A stretch of DNA of 64,000 bases from an uncultured Brevinematales bacterium (GTDB lineage Bacteria; Spirochaetota; Brevinematia; Brevinematales; CAZQBT01): NCBI GenBank assembly GCA_964591955.1, contig CAZQBT010000001.1, positions 371 through 64,370 on the forward strand, given 5' to 3'. The notes beneath the pieces are model-generated. The model did no database searches, was not told the DNA's origin, and was given only the letters and a program-made list of their open reading frames with translations. Shown one piece after another: positions 9,724-21,018 of the stretch (its first letter is position 1; every line of letters begins with the position of its first letter). Both the position numbers and the translations under genes were made by a program.

Positions 9724-10281
9724 TTATTTAACTCTTTCAATATACCTGTCATCACGGGTATCAACTTTAATTTTTTCACCCTGACTTATAAAAAGCGGAA
9801 TCTGAACAACCGCGCCGCCCTCAAGCTTTGCAGGCTTGCTCCCCCCGCTAACCGTATTGCCTCTTTCGCCGGGGTCGGTTTCGACTATTTCCAACTCTAC
9901 AAACATAGGCGGTTCGACTAAAATCACTTCACCCGAATATATATGCAAAATACAAACCATCTCGTTTTTAAGATATTTTGCGGCATCCTCTACCTTATCG
10001 TAGGGGATATGGTATTGCTCGAAATTTTCGTTATCCATAAATACATAAGTGTCGCCCTCCTTATAAAGAAGCTGTGCCTCGCGCTTTTCAACATACGCCT
10101 CTTCAAACGTATCTCCTCCGCGAAAAGTCTGCTCCTTTACCACTCCTTTCGTAAGATGCTTGAGCTTGGTTCTCATAATAGCTCCGCCCTTACCCGGCTT
10201 ATGATGCTGGCACCAGGTAACAAGCCATAATTCACCGGCGATATTAATTACCATTCCTTTCTTAATCTGGGTATAATCCAT
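9724..10281 (-). CDS. efp: Elongation factor P
   Basis: 185 aa with the KPGKGGA loop motif and three-domain EF-P length. Confidence 0.95.
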   Translation of the reverse strand: MDYTQIKKGMVINIAGELWLVTWCQHHKPGKGGAIMRTKLKHLTKGVVKEQTFRGGDTFEEAYVEKREAQLLYKEGDTYVFMDNENFEQYHIPYDKVEDAAKYLKNEMVCILHIYSGEVILVEPPMFVELEIVETDPGERGNTVSGGSKPAKLEGGAVVQIPLFISQGEKIKVDTRDDRYIERVK

Positions 10282-10329
10282 ATATTTTTCTCCCTGAGTG
10301 AAGCATTTAATTTAAAATTACCGAGTGAA

Positions 10330-10358
10330 ATTATATCAGAATTTTCATAATATTTCAA
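10330..10358 (-). promoter_or_regulatory. Sigma70-type promoter of the efp-accB-accC-asp23 operon
   Basis: The minus strand reads TTGAAA (10358-10353), a 17-nt spacer, then TATAAT (10335-10330), about 50 nt upstream of the efp ATG. Confidence 0.55.
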
Positions 10359-10402
10359 ATACTTGAGGCGTGAAACTTAAACTTACCAATCAGGATTCGC
10401 TT

Positions 10403-13400
10403 CTAATGCCTGATTACACGGTCAAACGGGTAAATCTCCTCAATCGTGATTTTCCCGTCCTTAACTCCGCCCTTTACAAGATAAACGGAATTTTTTTTAA
10501 TCACCCCTGAGTAATGAGAAAACGTTTTCGGGAATATTACCGCCTCCGCAATACCGGTATTATCCGATAAAAGACAAAACGCCATACTCGCTTTGGATTT
10601 GGTCTTGGTTATCCTCAGCTTATACAGATAAGCCACCGCGACTATATATTCAAGTTTTTCAATATCCGCGATACAGTCAACCTCAAGACGTTCAATCTCC
10701 TCACGGTATATGTCGATAGGATGGAAAGTCAAAAACAAGTCCGTCGCCGAATTTTCCATCTCGAAATATTCGATTTTCCTTTCTTCATCTGAAACCGAAT
10801 CATCTCTCAACTCTTTAGGAATAAGCGCATCAAGAGAAACCCCGTTATTAACTGTTTCTTTTTCATATTTATCAAAAAGCGTCCCTTCATAATGTGCATC
10901 GGTTTTATCCTCACCCGGCAATTTAATTTTAACAATATCGTTTAGCGATGCAATAAGGGCGTTTCTTGAAAACCCCTGATTATCGAAAGCCCCGACCCGT
11001 ATAAGATACTCGGCAGCCTTGATATTCAACCCCTTGTCCTTCATCCTGATATAAAAATCCAGCAAATCGCGAAAATCGCCGTTATTATTCCGTTCTTTAA
11101 CTATTGCACGTGCCAGCCGTCGCCCGACATATTTAACTATAATGAACCCCACCCTGATTCCCCGCATCTCTATCCTGAATAAAACCCCGCTCTTATTTAT
11201 ATCCACCCCGAAAACCGTATAGTTATGGAGTTTCATATCGGAGATATAACGGTTAAGTCTTGATACAAAACCGATATTATTATTTAGCGAAGATAAATAA
11301 AACTCAAGCGGATAGTTCGCCTTGAGATAAGCCCCCGCAAACGCGTTATATGCATAGGCAAGCGAATGGGACCGGTTGAACCCGTAACTTCCGAAATCAA
11401 CCAAAATCCCGAATATACGGTTAGCATATTCCTCTTCAAGCCCCTTTTTGAGACACCCGCGTATAAACTCATCTTTAAGCCCGATAATCGTAGCCTCATC
11501 CTTATTGGAAAGAGCCTTGCGTAGAATATCCGCCCTGTCCCATCCCATTCCGCCGAAATTATGCGCAATCTGTAAAATCTGTTCCTGATAGACAATAAGC
11601 CCGTAGGTTTCGCTTGTGATAACGCCGAGATATTTGTCGGACACGGCGGGGGTAATCCCGTTATGACGTTTCACGTATTCATCCAGCATACCGGACTTTA
11701 TAGGACCGGGACGGTAAAGAGCAATCACATCGCTAAGCCTCGATATATTTTCGGGACGGATTTTCTTAAGCAAATCCCGCATCCCGCCGCTTTCAAGCTG
11801 AAATACCGCAGTAGTATCCCCTTCGCTTAAAATCCTTTTTGCATCGTGGTCTTCAAAATTAATAGTATCTATTCCGCAATGACGCATCGTCTCATCAATG
11901 ATTGTAACAAATCGCAAACCGAGCAAATCGATTTTAATAAAGCCCGTGCCGTCAAGGTCGTCTTTGGTAATCTGCACGACAAGTTCGCCGCTCCTTGAAT
12001 ATTCGGAGGATGCATATTTATCAATCCCCATCGGCAAGACAACAAATCCCCCCGCGTGAACCGAACTATGCGATACTATACCCTCAATCCGTGAAACAAT
12101 ATCAAGAAAGCTCCTGACTTCCGGGTCGTTATGAATCATATCGCGAAGAACCCTGTTGGTCTTAATCAAGTTTTTTATTCTCGTATAGGAATACATAGTA
12201 AAAGGAATTTGCTTCAGGATAGCATCAAGTTTAATCTTGGACAGCTTGAAAGCCTTTGCAATCTCGCGAAGAGCCGAACGCGCCATAAGTCTGCCGAGCG
12301 TCGAAATATGAGCAACGTTCTTTTGACCGAATTTTGTCGCCACATATTCAAACACTTCCTTGCGACGTTTCCAGCACACGTCAATATCTATATCGGGTAA
12401 TTCTTTTCTCGCGGGATTTAAAAAGCGTTCAAACATCAGATTGTTCAAAACCGGGTCAACTTTAGTAATTCCCAGAAGGTATAAGGTAAGCGAAGATACC
12501 GATGAGCCTCTTCCCCACCCGAAAGGAATCCTGCGATTTTGCATAAATCGCGCTATATCGCCCACTATCAGGAAAAAATGGTTTAACTCAAGCTCCTCAA
12601 TAACGGAAAGCTCATAATCGAGACGGGTTAAATATTCCTTGTTGTCGGAAAGTTTAAGTTTTTCAAGACGTTTCATACACAGGTCGCGTAATTTTTCGGG
12701 ATACTTATATACCTGCGGTATCTTAAACGACTTTATGTCCAAATTAACGTCAATACTTTCAAAAAGGTTTTGGGCGTTTTCGATATAGTCGGGATGGTTC
12801 TTAAAGATATTTTCCATATCTTCGGGTTTTCTAACGGAATAATCCATATCAATATCCAACGGGAGACCTCTCTCGTTTTTGGAATGGCTTTTCATCCTGT
12901 ATGAGTTCAAAAATTCAAAAGCCTCCCTGTCGGTATGAAAATATCGCGCCTCACAACATCCTATCGCGGGTATGGCAATACTTTCCGCACGGGATATTAA
13001 TTCCTTTAAAACCTCGACTTTTTTATGCCCGGTATAATTAACCTCAAGGAAAAAATTTTTACCGAAAGTATCCATATACCTTTCGCCAATCCGTTGCATA
13101 GTAACGTAATTATCCAGATGGAAAACAAACTCCGCCTCGACTATGGCACAAAGTCCCTCACTATGGCTCTGCACCGTATTAAACGGAAGCGTATAACTCC
13201 CGTCTTTTTGGAAAAGTTCCTGCGCATAGGAATTGAGTTTAAAAATATTCGATAACCCCTGATTATTAAGAGCAATTAAAATAAAGGGGTAATGGCCTCT
13301 GCCGCTTACCCCTTTAGTAAATATCTCTAATCCGTAAACAGGTTTAATATTACGTGAATTGCATAGTTTTGTAAGTTTAAAAAAACCGTAAGTTGAAAGA

Positions 13401-13522
13401 GTGTCGACAACCGCGACACCCTTAAAATTATGAAAAACGCTAAATTCCACAAGCTCTTCAAGACGAATAAGCGAACTTAGAAACGAGTATTCCGTATGGT
13501 TGTGGAAATTTATAAACGCCAT
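10403..13522 (-). CDS. dnaE: DNA polymerase III alpha subunit
   Basis: 1039 aa with a PHP domain (FHNHTEYS), catalytic PDIDIDV, an HAGG motif and a C-terminal OB fold. It is shorter than E. coli-type DnaE, with no extension after the OB fold. Confidence 0.95.
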   Translation of the reverse strand: MAFINFHNHTEYSFLSSLIRLEELVEFSVFHNFKGVAVVDTLSTYGFFKLTKLCNSRNIKPVYGLEIFTKGVSGRGHYPFILIALNNQGLSNIFKLNSYAQELFQKDGSYTLPFNTVQSHSEGLCAIVEAEFVFHLDNYVTMQRIGERYMDTFGKNFFLEVNYTGHKKVEVLKELISRAESIAIPAIGCCEARYFHTDREAFEFLNSYRMKSHSKNERGLPLDIDMDYSVRKPEDMENIFKNHPDYIENAQNLFESIDVNLDIKSFKIPQVYKYPEKLRDLCMKRLEKLKLSDNKEYLTRLDYELSVIEELELNHFFLIVGDIARFMQNRRIPFGWGRGSSVSSLTLYLLGITKVDPVLNNLMFERFLNPARKELPDIDIDVCWKRRKEVFEYVATKFGQKNVAHISTLGRLMARSALREIAKAFKLSKIKLDAILKQIPFTMYSYTRIKNLIKTNRVLRDMIHNDPEVRSFLDIVSRIEGIVSHSSVHAGGFVVLPMGIDKYASSEYSRSGELVVQITKDDLDGTGFIKIDLLGLRFVTIIDETMRHCGIDTINFEDHDAKRILSEGDTTAVFQLESGGMRDLLKKIRPENISRLSDVIALYRPGPIKSGMLDEYVKRHNGITPAVSDKYLGVITSETYGLIVYQEQILQIAHNFGGMGWDRADILRKALSNKDEATIIGLKDEFIRGCLKKGLEEEYANRIFGILVDFGSYGFNRSHSLAYAYNAFAGAYLKANYPLEFYLSSLNNNIGFVSRLNRYISDMKLHNYTVFGVDINKSGVLFRIEMRGIRVGFIIVKYVGRRLARAIVKERNNNGDFRDLLDFYIRMKDKGLNIKAAEYLIRVGAFDNQGFSRNALIASLNDIVKIKLPGEDKTDAHYEGTLFDKYEKETVNNGVSLDALIPKELRDDSVSDEERKIEYFEMENSATDLFLTFHPIDIYREEIERLEVDCIADIEKLEYIVAVAYLYKLRITKTKSKASMAFCLLSDNTGIAEAVIFPKTFSHYSGVIKKNSVYLVKGGVKDGKITIEEIYPFDRVIRH

Positions 13523-13526
13523 AAAC

Positions 13527-15002
13527 TTACATCATTGCATCAAGAGTTCGCTGGAGTTGCCGTGCCGCTCCGCTGATAAAGGAGCTGAACACTCCGCCCT
13601 CACTTTCCGATGTTCCGCTTAAACGAACCGACCGTGAGGATATTAACTCGCCGGTTTCGGTATCCACAAGCTGTGCCGCAACGCTATACATCGCGCGATA
13701 CCTGCTGATTGTGGTTTCGTAAGACGGTTTAGCGTTGGCATCAACAACCAGCACAAAGACTCTCTTTATACCCTGATTGGAAAGCTGACGTAACGCCGCT
13801 GCGTTCATATTAACCACGCCGTCAACGGATACGTTAGACGGAAACCTCACTACGGTAAAGCCTCTGCCCAACAGATAGCTTTGCATCTCGGATGTTAATT
13901 GAGGGATATTGGAAAACCTTCCGCCCTCTTCCTTGATAGCAATAACGGAACTGGTAATCTTACGATGAGCTTCCGAAACAACGCGAACCGTAGTTGTTCC
14001 GGCAACTCTTTCCATTGTATTTCTCAAAGTAGAGTAATATCTTTCCATATCGCCTTCAATATTGCGAATCTCCTCAAGGGTAACGCCGAGACGGGCATAA
14101 ATAACCGTATTGTTGTTGACCTGAGCAAGACGGTTTATAACGAATTTTGCCTCACCGTTGTTGTCGGTGGAAGCGGAACGGGAATAATCGCCTGTGTTGT
14201 TCCTGATAGAAAAGTCGAGTCTTGCGCCTCTGACGGGAATACGGGTTTCGCCCGCGTAGGTCAGTTTAAACCCGACCTCCGACTTTGCCTGAGTATCTAC
14301 CGTGTCGGGAACATCGGATGGCTCAATCATAAGGTTAGCAAGAATCCTGTTGGCATTGTTAATATAAATCATAAAGTCTTCCTGCCTGTCCTCAACCTTG
14401 GTTGAAGCAACCGCGGCGCTTAGATACGAATTAAACGCATCAATAACCCTGCCGTCTCTTAACTGTTGTTCAGCCTCGCGGACATTTCTGTCAACCATCT
14501 CAAGTTTACGCTTTAATTCATCCATAACGCGTTTGCGTTCCTGTTCGACCGTTGACCTTGGGATTTTCGCAAGAACCCACGCACGGGTAATATCAAGGCC
14601 TCCCTCGTTGTAAGTATGAAAATGATTTTTTTCGGTTTCTATACCCGAAAGATTAGCCTGACTTCGGGTTTGCATAGCGCGCTGATAATCCTCCTGAAGA
14701 GCGCCCTCTCCTGCAAGATTCCCATAGGTGTTGAATAACTCATCTACCGTAACGCGTTCAAAGATAAACGAGGATATTCTCGCGGTAGCATCGGCAACGG
14801 CGGAACGCCGAACCTCGGTCGGGTCCGATATATCCTCTGCAAAACCTACAAAATAATAGTATTCCGAGGATTGCGGGGGGTTATCCACCCAGTCGGGAAG
14901 CGATGCTCTACTTGGAGGTCTTGTAGCGCTATCCCCCCCTTTACAAGCAAAAAACGCCCCTATTAAAACCATACTCATAACCGCACAAAAAAACTTTTTC
15001 AT
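13527..15002 (-). CDS. Lipoprotein of unknown function
   Basis: Signal peptide with lipobox FFAC and GGAGGG before the ATG. It has a central coiled-coil-like segment. Its stop is 4 nt before the dnaE start. Confidence 0.7.
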   Translation of the reverse strand: MKKFFCAVMSMVLIGAFFACKGGDSATRPPSRASLPDWVDNPPQSSEYYYFVGFAEDISDPTEVRRSAVADATARISSFIFERVTVDELFNTYGNLAGEGALQEDYQRAMQTRSQANLSGIETEKNHFHTYNEGGLDITRAWVLAKIPRSTVEQERKRVMDELKRKLEMVDRNVREAEQQLRDGRVIDAFNSYLSAAVASTKVEDRQEDFMIYINNANRILANLMIEPSDVPDTVDTQAKSEVGFKLTYAGETRIPVRGARLDFSIRNNTGDYSRSASTDNNGEAKFVINRLAQVNNNTVIYARLGVTLEEIRNIEGDMERYYSTLRNTMERVAGTTTVRVVSEAHRKITSSVIAIKEEGGRFSNIPQLTSEMQSYLLGRGFTVVRFPSNVSVDGVVNMNAAALRQLSNQGIKRVFVLVVDANAKPSYETTISRYRAMYSVAAQLVDTETGELISSRSVRLSGTSESEGGVFSSFISGAARQLQRTLDAMM

Positions 15003-15129
15003 AACCTCCCTCCGATTTTATAGTATGTATTACTATAACATCATTTTCAAAAGATTTAAAGATTTTTGCCCGTTTTTGCTTCCCTTTATTCTATTGATTT
15101 AACCCGCAGGCTCAGTTATAATACCCACT

Positions 15130-16512
15130 ATGGAAAAAAAGGTTTACAGCCATCAAAAAGAAAATCTGATACTGAACGTCGCGATAGTCTATCCGAATAC
15201 CTACTATATAGGAATGTCAAGTCTGGGTTTTCAATATGTCTATCATCTGCTCGACAGCCATCCGAATATCCGATGTGAACGCGCTTTTGTCGATAAGAAC
15301 GAAATCAGGACTGTCGAAACCTCAAGAAGCATTAACGAGTTTGATATTGTGATGTTTTCCTTAGCGTTTGAGGGAGACCTCCCGAATATTATCCGCGCGC
15401 TTTTATTGTCGGGGATTGAGCTTGACCCCGAAAAACGAAAAGCGCCGTTTGTCGTTACGGGAGGTATCGGGGTAAGTTTTCTCGGAGGGTATCTCGCGAG
15501 AATATCCGATATTCTTGTGCCGAGCGATGCCTCTTTGGTTTTACCCTCCATAACGGAAATATTATTATCACACCCCGATAAAGAACCCCGTCTTGCCCTT
15601 CTCGAAAAAATACAGGGGGTTTTCTCATACAAAACCGCATCCCAAACTATGACCTTTATCTGCGAAACGCCGTTAAGTGATACAACCCCGCCCCACTCCT
15701 CTATCATAACGGAAAACACCGAGTTCAACAACCGCGCGCTTATGGAAATCTCAAAGAGTTGCAGTTATAACTGCGCATTTTGTATCTTATCCTCCGTTTA
15801 CGGGAAATACCGTCATTACAACACGGACAAAATATTGGAAACCGCCGAAAGGTTTTCCGGTATTACGGACAGAATCGGACTTATCGCAGGGACACTGACT
15901 AACCATCCCGACTTCAAGACAATCATAAAGGAGTTGAACCGCCGTAATTTCAGCGTATCGTTTTCATCATTCAGGATAGAGGCGATTGATAATGAACTTT
16001 TAGAACTAATAATAAACAATGAAAACAAAACATTGGTTATCGCGCCTGAAACCGCATCCTTGAAACTCCAAAAGCTAATCCGAAAGGCAATACCCCGCGA
16101 AACTATCCTGCAAACAGTCCGTAAGGCTACGGCTTACGGGTTTAAGCGTCTCAAGTTATATTTTCTGATAGGATTGCCCGGTGAAACCTACGAAGACCTT
16201 GATGAGATAGTATCGCTTGTCGAGGAGATATACGCCGTATCTAAAGAAAATGCCCGCGAGTTGGGTTTCACCCCCGAAATAATCGTGGATATAAACCCGT
16301 TTGTGCCGAAACCGTTTACCGAACTTGCAGGCAGTAAGATTGAAGAAATAAAATCGCTTAAAAAGAAAATCCTGTATCTGAAGAAAAGACTCCATAGTTT
16401 GGGAAGGGTATTTGTAAGCGGGGAAAGTCCCCGTCGCGCCCGTCTTCAATATGAGATAGGACACAATCTATTATCCTTTGACGAGCTTAAAAATATTGCG
16501 CTGAAGGACTAA
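15130..16512 (+). CDS. B12-binding-domain radical SAM protein
   Basis: 460 aa with a CxxxCxxC cluster motif (SKSCSYNCAFC) and an N-terminal B12-binding-like region. Confidence 0.85.
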   Translation: MEKKVYSHQKENLILNVAIVYPNTYYIGMSSLGFQYVYHLLDSHPNIRCERAFVDKNEIRTVETSRSINEFDIVMFSLAFEGDLPNIIRALLLSGIELDPEKRKAPFVVTGGIGVSFLGGYLARISDILVPSDASLVLPSITEILLSHPDKEPRLALLEKIQGVFSYKTASQTMTFICETPLSDTTPPHSSIITENTEFNNRALMEISKSCSYNCAFCILSSVYGKYRHYNTDKILETAERFSGITDRIGLIAGTLTNHPDFKTIIKELNRRNFSVSFSSFRIEAIDNELLELIINNENKTLVIAPETASLKLQKLIRKAIPRETILQTVRKATAYGFKRLKLYFLIGLPGETYEDLDEIVSLVEEIYAVSKENARELGFTPEIIVDINPFVPKPFTELAGSKIEEIKSLKKKILYLKKRLHSLGRVFVSGESPRRARLQYEIGHNLLSFDELKNIALKD

Positions 16513-17117
16513 ATCAAAAGCTCAACCCCCTGTTTTACAAGAAATCCTGCAAATAAAAGCAGGATAAAAGCAAGAATCTTAACTATAACGGCAAGCGCGC
16601 CGCTTTTAAGGAAATGACGGGATTTATCCGCAATACGCGCAAGGATAATTTTCGCGCCGATAAGCCCGATATAAAAAAACGCTATGAACAGGATACCCCA
16701 TACAATACCGCTTTCCTTAGCCTTGATAAAAAGGGGCGCTCCGACGGTCAGCCAGAAAATATATGGCGCAGGCGAGAGAAAATTTGCTAAAATCCCCTTT
16801 CTGATAGAGGCGGGTTTGTGAGTTTTTTTCTCGAAATCCTCCTGCTTGAAAACAAAATTTTCATAAGCAAGATAAATCAGGAAAGCCGCGCCTGCAAAAG
16901 AAAAACACGCAAGCACAAAATTATAATCGGCAATATTGGACAAAACAAGAATGGCAAACGCCACGATAGGCGCATCGGTAAGCAAAGGAACAAGCGCGGT
17001 TTTAAACCCCTCTTTAAAATTATGCTTAAAGCTTTGGGATATAACAAGTATAAGCAAAGGACCCGGTGTCGCTCCCGAAGTAAGCCCGAGAAGCAACGCA
17101 CTGACCGCCTCAATCAT
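16509..17117 (-). CDS. LysE/RhtB-family amino-acid exporter
   Basis: Polytopic membrane protein with an N-terminal GATPGP motif. The likely ATG is at 17117; the track start at 17153 extends upstream into the HAD gene. Confidence 0.8.
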   Translation of the reverse strand: MIEAVSALLLGLTSGATPGPLLILVISQSFKHNFKEGFKTALVPLLTDAPIVAFAILVLSNIADYNFVLACFSFAGAAFLIYLAYENFVFKQEDFEKKTHKPASIRKGILANFLSPAPYIFWLTVGAPLFIKAKESGIVWGILFIAFFYIGLIGAKIILARIADKSRHFLKSGALAVIVKILAFILLLFAGFLVKQGVELLI

Positions 17118-17769
17118 TAATAAACTCCCATATACCCGAAGGGGAATCAACAACCTTCCGCGCGCCGTTCTCGATTAACTCATCCCTGTCGCGAAACCCC
17201 CATGCCACGCCGAGAGGAAACATCCCAGCGCGGTTTGCAGTCTGCATATCGGTATTTGTGTCCCCGACATAGAGAATCTCCTCCGCAGGGATACCCAAGC
17301 CGTCGGCAATTTGTAATGCAAGTGTGGGGTCGGGCTTTACGGGAACACCCTCCCTCGCCCCGATTACCATATTAAAATTCCATTTCCCCAGCAGTTTTGA
17401 TACTACTTTCACCGTAAAATCATCGGGCTTGTTCGACAAAACGTTTATCGTTATACCCTTATTTTCGAGGTTATCAAGAAGCGACGGTATGCCCTCGTAA
17501 GGTATAGTTTTATTATCCCATCTCCGCGAATATTCATTCCGCATAAGGTTAATAAGTTTATCAACGGTGTCTTTATTATCGCGGGCATTTTCGGGAAGCG
17601 CACGCTTTACAAGATTAGCAACCCCATCCCCGACAAAATATTTATAACTTTCGGGAGAATGCCCCTCAAACCCCATATTCCCGAGAGCATAATTCATCGA
17701 ATCCGCTAAATCGTCAATGGTATTAAGCAAAGTCCCGTCAAGGTCAAAAATAATCGCGCGAAATTTCAT
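17110..17769 (-). CDS. HAD-superfamily phosphatase (phosphoglycolate phosphatase-like)
   Basis: Contains MKFRAIIFDLDGTL (DxDGT motif I) and a late GDTNTD motif. The ATG at 17769 overlaps the dgkA stop by 4 nt. Confidence 0.85.
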   Translation of the reverse strand: MKFRAIIFDLDGTLLNTIDDLADSMNYALGNMGFEGHSPESYKYFVGDGVANLVKRALPENARDNKDTVDKLINLMRNEYSRRWDNKTIPYEGIPSLLDNLENKGITINVLSNKPDDFTVKVVSKLLGKWNFNMVIGAREGVPVKPDPTLALQIADGLGIPAEEILYVGDTNTDMQTANRAGMFPLGVAWGFRDRDELIENGARKVVDSPSGIWEFIND

Positions 17770-18143
17770 TGTAACGTCCTTATAAGATTTAATAAATACG
17801 GCAGGAGAATAATCACCCCAACTATAACGGCAAGAATCGAACAAAGCAGAACCGCTCCCGCCATAGTATCTTTTGATAGTCCTGTTTCGGAATTATATTC
17901 AGGCGATAATGCGTTTAAGGCTTTCTCAAGTGAGGTGTTGATTGTCTCAATGATAAGAACCAAAAAGCAAAGAATTATAATTATAACGAGTTCGACAGTC
18001 TCAACCCTGAAAAAAATTGATACGGTAACCGCGATAATCGCAACTCCAAGCTGGATACGGAAATTCCGTTCACTTAGAATTGTTTTCCACACCCCTTTTA
18101 CCGCACATAAAAAACTTCCGAACAATGATATTTTCTTTTCCAT
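17766..18143 (-). CDS. dgkA: Diacylglycerol/undecaprenol kinase family protein
   Basis: 125 aa with three TM helices and an ETINTSLE motif characteristic of prokaryotic DgkA. Confidence 0.85.
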   Translation of the reverse strand: MEKKISLFGSFLCAVKGVWKTILSERNFRIQLGVAIIAVTVSIFFRVETVELVIIIILCFLVLIIETINTSLEKALNALSPEYNSETGLSKDTMAGAVLLCSILAVIVGVIILLPYLLNLIRTLQ

Positions 18144-18294
18144 TATTGCCTCACAAACATTACGGCAATATTTTAAAATATAATCTTTTATATCGCAAGC
18201 CTAAACGAAATCAAAAAAATCCATTCCCGTTTTCACTTGAAAATAATCGCATAATATTGTATTATATACAAATATTAAAATCGGGAGGATTTAT

Positions 18295-20313
18295 ATGAAA
18301 AGATTGGCTTTGTTTTGTTCGGCAATAATCTTTGTTTTGGCACAAGCGGGTTTTGCCGAATTGCCGGAGGTTACCCGTTCGTTTTATCATCTGCCGTTCA
18401 GTAACGGCGTAGGCGCGGGAATATATCAGGCGCGCCCGAACGGGGGAAGATTATTATATTTCTACGAAAGTATTTACAAACAATACAGCGAGGATAGCCC
18501 GCTTACCCGTTCTTACCTTAGAAGAAAGGGCGTAACTTGGGGTATCAATAACACGTGGCTTGATGATGCCCCTGTCAGCGATGCCGAATATATAGACGGA
18601 ACAGGCATAGTCCGCGTATTCAAAGAAGTTCCGAAAAACAGAAATATTTCCGCCGTCGAGTATTATTATATGCCGATGGAATTGGATAAACGGATTATCG
18701 TAACGGTGCTTGAGTTTGAAAATACCGGGCTTTTTAGAAAACGCATTAAACCGTATATATATGTAGATGCAAATATGGGAGCGCGTGAAAAAGTCCGCAG
18801 GGAAGACAATTTCTTTATACAGGGCTTGGATATGGAAGCGCCCCGTCGCGAACCCAAGAGTTTTGTTATACTTTCGCCGGAAGTCTCCTCATTCAGCTAT
18901 AAACCTCTATCGCAGTATCCCCGCGAGGTTAGAGAACGTCCCGTAGAACTCGACAACAAATTGGTAAAAAGCGGGCGCAGTCTTATCGGAGTTCTTCAGT
19001 TTGATGAAATAACGCTTAGACGAGGAGAAAAAGCGAGGGTGATGGTAGTTTTGGGACTTGCCGATAAAGAAGAGGAAGCGGAATACAAATCCGATATGCA
19101 AAAGATTTTCGATAAGACCGCAGAGGTCGCTATCGGTGAAGAGATGAAGTGGTGGGATGATTGGCACGCTGTCGCCAAAATACCCGACTGGCTAAGCTAT
19201 GAGGAAAAACGTCTGTATCGCCAGTCCGCGGCGGTTTTAAAGATGGGTCAATGCCGTGAACCGGGAAAACCTTACGGGCAAATTCTTGCAAGTCTCCCTC
19301 CCGGAAACTGGAATATCTGTTGGCCTCGTGATGCCACGTATGGGCTTGTTGCGCTCGCGCAGATGGGGCATTTTTACGAAGCAAAGGCTGGTCTTGAATT
19401 TATGCTTAACGCTCCCAACGGAAAATTCGATTCTAAAGAATTTGTCGGCGTTCCATATAAAATTTCCGTATGCAGGTATTACGGAAACGGCGATGAGGAA
19501 AGCGATGAAAACCAGTCCGGTCCTAACCTTGAGTGGGATAATTTCGGGCTTGTGCTTTGGGCTATTTGCGAATATCTCGACCAAAGCGGAGACAAGGAAT
19601 TTTTGGATAAACATTACAAGACCATAAAAGAACTTATCGCCGACGTAATAGTCCATCTTATGACCGACAAGGGATACTTGAGAAGAGACTCTTCTATCTG
19701 GGAACGGCACTGGGAACCCCAAATCCATCCCGACGGGCGAAAATATTTCGCATACTCAACAATCAACGGATACCACGCTTTAAAGCGTTTTGCAAAATAT
19801 TGCCCACCCGCTACGGAGGCTCATTACCTTAAAATGGCGGAAAAAATCAAAGAGGGTTTCCTCAATCATTTTATAGATGAAAACAACAATGTAATAGTCG
19901 CTAATCTTGAAGAAAAGCCCCAGGGTATAAACCACTATATGGATGCTTCAGTGGTTGAAGCGATTAATTTCGGTATGGTCGATGAGACTGTGGCTAAAGC
20001 AACGCTTCAGGCGTTTGAGGATAAACTCGGTATGAGACGTTCCCCCGGATTCCATCGCAACGACGACGGAACCTGGTATGACCGTCAGGAATGGCTGATT
20101 ATAGATATGAGAATCGCACAAGCATATTACCTTATGGGCAATAAAGAACGCGCACAGGAGCTTATGGATTGGGTTCTTCTAAACGCCAAAAATAATTTCT
20201 ACCTTATACCGGAACTTTTGGATGAGAGGAATTTATCGTTTAAGGGAGAAGTCCCGATGGTTGGGTTCGGACCCGGTTGCTATATTATAAATAAATTCCT
20301 GATTGAAAAATAA
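18295..20313 (+). CDS. Secreted glycoside hydrolase family 15-like protein (glucoamylase/glucodextranase-related)
   Basis: Signal peptide present. [13 protein letters not shown] and SIWERHWE motifs are typical of the GH15 (alpha/alpha)6 catalytic domain. Confidence 0.75.
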   Translation: MKRLALFCSAIIFVLAQAGFAELPEVTRSFYHLPFSNGVGAGIYQARPNGGRLLYFYESIYKQYSEDSPLTRSYLRRKGVTWGINNTWLDDAPVSDAEYIDGTGIVRVFKEVPKNRNISAVEYYYMPMELDKRIIVTVLEFENTGLFRKRIKPYIYVDANMGAREKVRREDNFFIQGLDMEAPRREPKSFVILSPEVSSFSYKPLSQYPREVRERPVELDNKLVKSGRSLIGVLQFDEITLRRGEKARVMVVLGLADKEEEAEYKSDMQKIFDKTAEVAIGEEMKWWDDWHAVAKIPDWLSYEEKRLYRQSAAVLKMGQCREPGKPYGQILASLPPGNWNICWPRDATYGLVALAQMGHFYEAKAGLEFMLNAPNGKFDSKEFVGVPYKISVCRYYGNGDEESDENQSGPNLEWDNFGLVLWAICEYLDQSGDKEFLDKHYKTIKELIADVIVHLMTDKGYLRRDSSIWERHWEPQIHPDGRKYFAYSTINGYHALKRFAKYCPPATEAHYLKMAEKIKEGFLNHFIDENNNVIVANLEEKPQGINHYMDASVVEAINFGMVDETVAKATLQAFEDKLGMRRSPGFHRNDDGTWYDRQEWLIIDMRIAQAYYLMGNKERAQELMDWVLLNAKNNFYLIPELLDERNLSFKGEVPMVGFGPGCYIINKFLIEK

Positions 20314-20332
20314 ACACAAGGAGAGATTTGCT

Positions 20333-20950
20333 ATGACAATCGCAAAAAAATCGGTTGCAATAATTGCGCTTTTGATGACTGCTTCCGTCTTGTTCGCATG
20401 CGAAAAAGACGATGGAAAAGAAAAAAGTATTGAAGAAAAATCCGGGCAAAATGAAACAATAGCTAATCCCTACGCCTTGTTTGAAACAAGTATGGGGAAT
20501 TTTAAGATTGAGCTGTTCAGAGACAAAGCCCCCATAACGGCGGATAATTTTATTAAACTTGCCGAAAACGGGTTTTACGACGGGCTTATTTTTCACAGGG
20601 TAATAGAAAGGTTTATGATACAGGGGGGATGCCCTCAAGGGAGCGGGCGCGGCGGCCCCGGTTATGCCATACCCGATGAGTTCCATCCCGCGTTAAGGCA
20701 TAATTCCGCCGGTATCCTGTCGATGGCAAACGCCGGACCCAATACGGGGGGTTCGCAATTTTTTATCACACTCGCGGCAACCCCATGGCTCGACAACCGT
20801 CATTCGGTATTCGGAAAAGTCGTGGAAGGAATGGATACGGTAAGAAAAATAGGCGCTGTCCGAACGGGAGCGCAAGACCGTCCGGTAAATAACGTCGTTA
20901 TTAGACGGGTGAGAATAGAACATAGCACAGAAGATGCTGAAAAGGAATAA
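20333..20950 (+). CDS. Cyclophilin-type peptidyl-prolyl isomerase, lipoprotein
   Basis: ATG at 20333 follows GGAGAG. Lipobox LFAC is present, with [13 protein letters not shown] and [17 protein letters not shown] motifs. Confidence 0.9.
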   Translation: MTIAKKSVAIIALLMTASVLFACEKDDGKEKSIEEKSGQNETIANPYALFETSMGNFKIELFRDKAPITADNFIKLAENGFYDGLIFHRVIERFMIQGGCPQGSGRGGPGYAIPDEFHPALRHNSAGILSMANAGPNTGGSQFFITLAATPWLDNRHSVFGKVVEGMDTVRKIGAVRTGAQDRPVNNVVIRRVRIEHSTEDAEKE

Positions 20951-20969
20951 TAAGGACTAATAAAGATAA

Positions 20970-20999
20970 AAACCGCCCCGTGGGGCGGTTTTTTTATTT
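20970..20999 (+). terminator. Rho-independent terminator (bidirectional context)
   Basis: AACCGCCCC-gtg-GGGCGGTT hairpin followed by TTTTTTTATTTTT. It lies between the convergent PPIase and carD genes. Confidence 0.8.
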
Positions 21000-21018
21000 T
21001 TACGGATTGTTTTCATAA

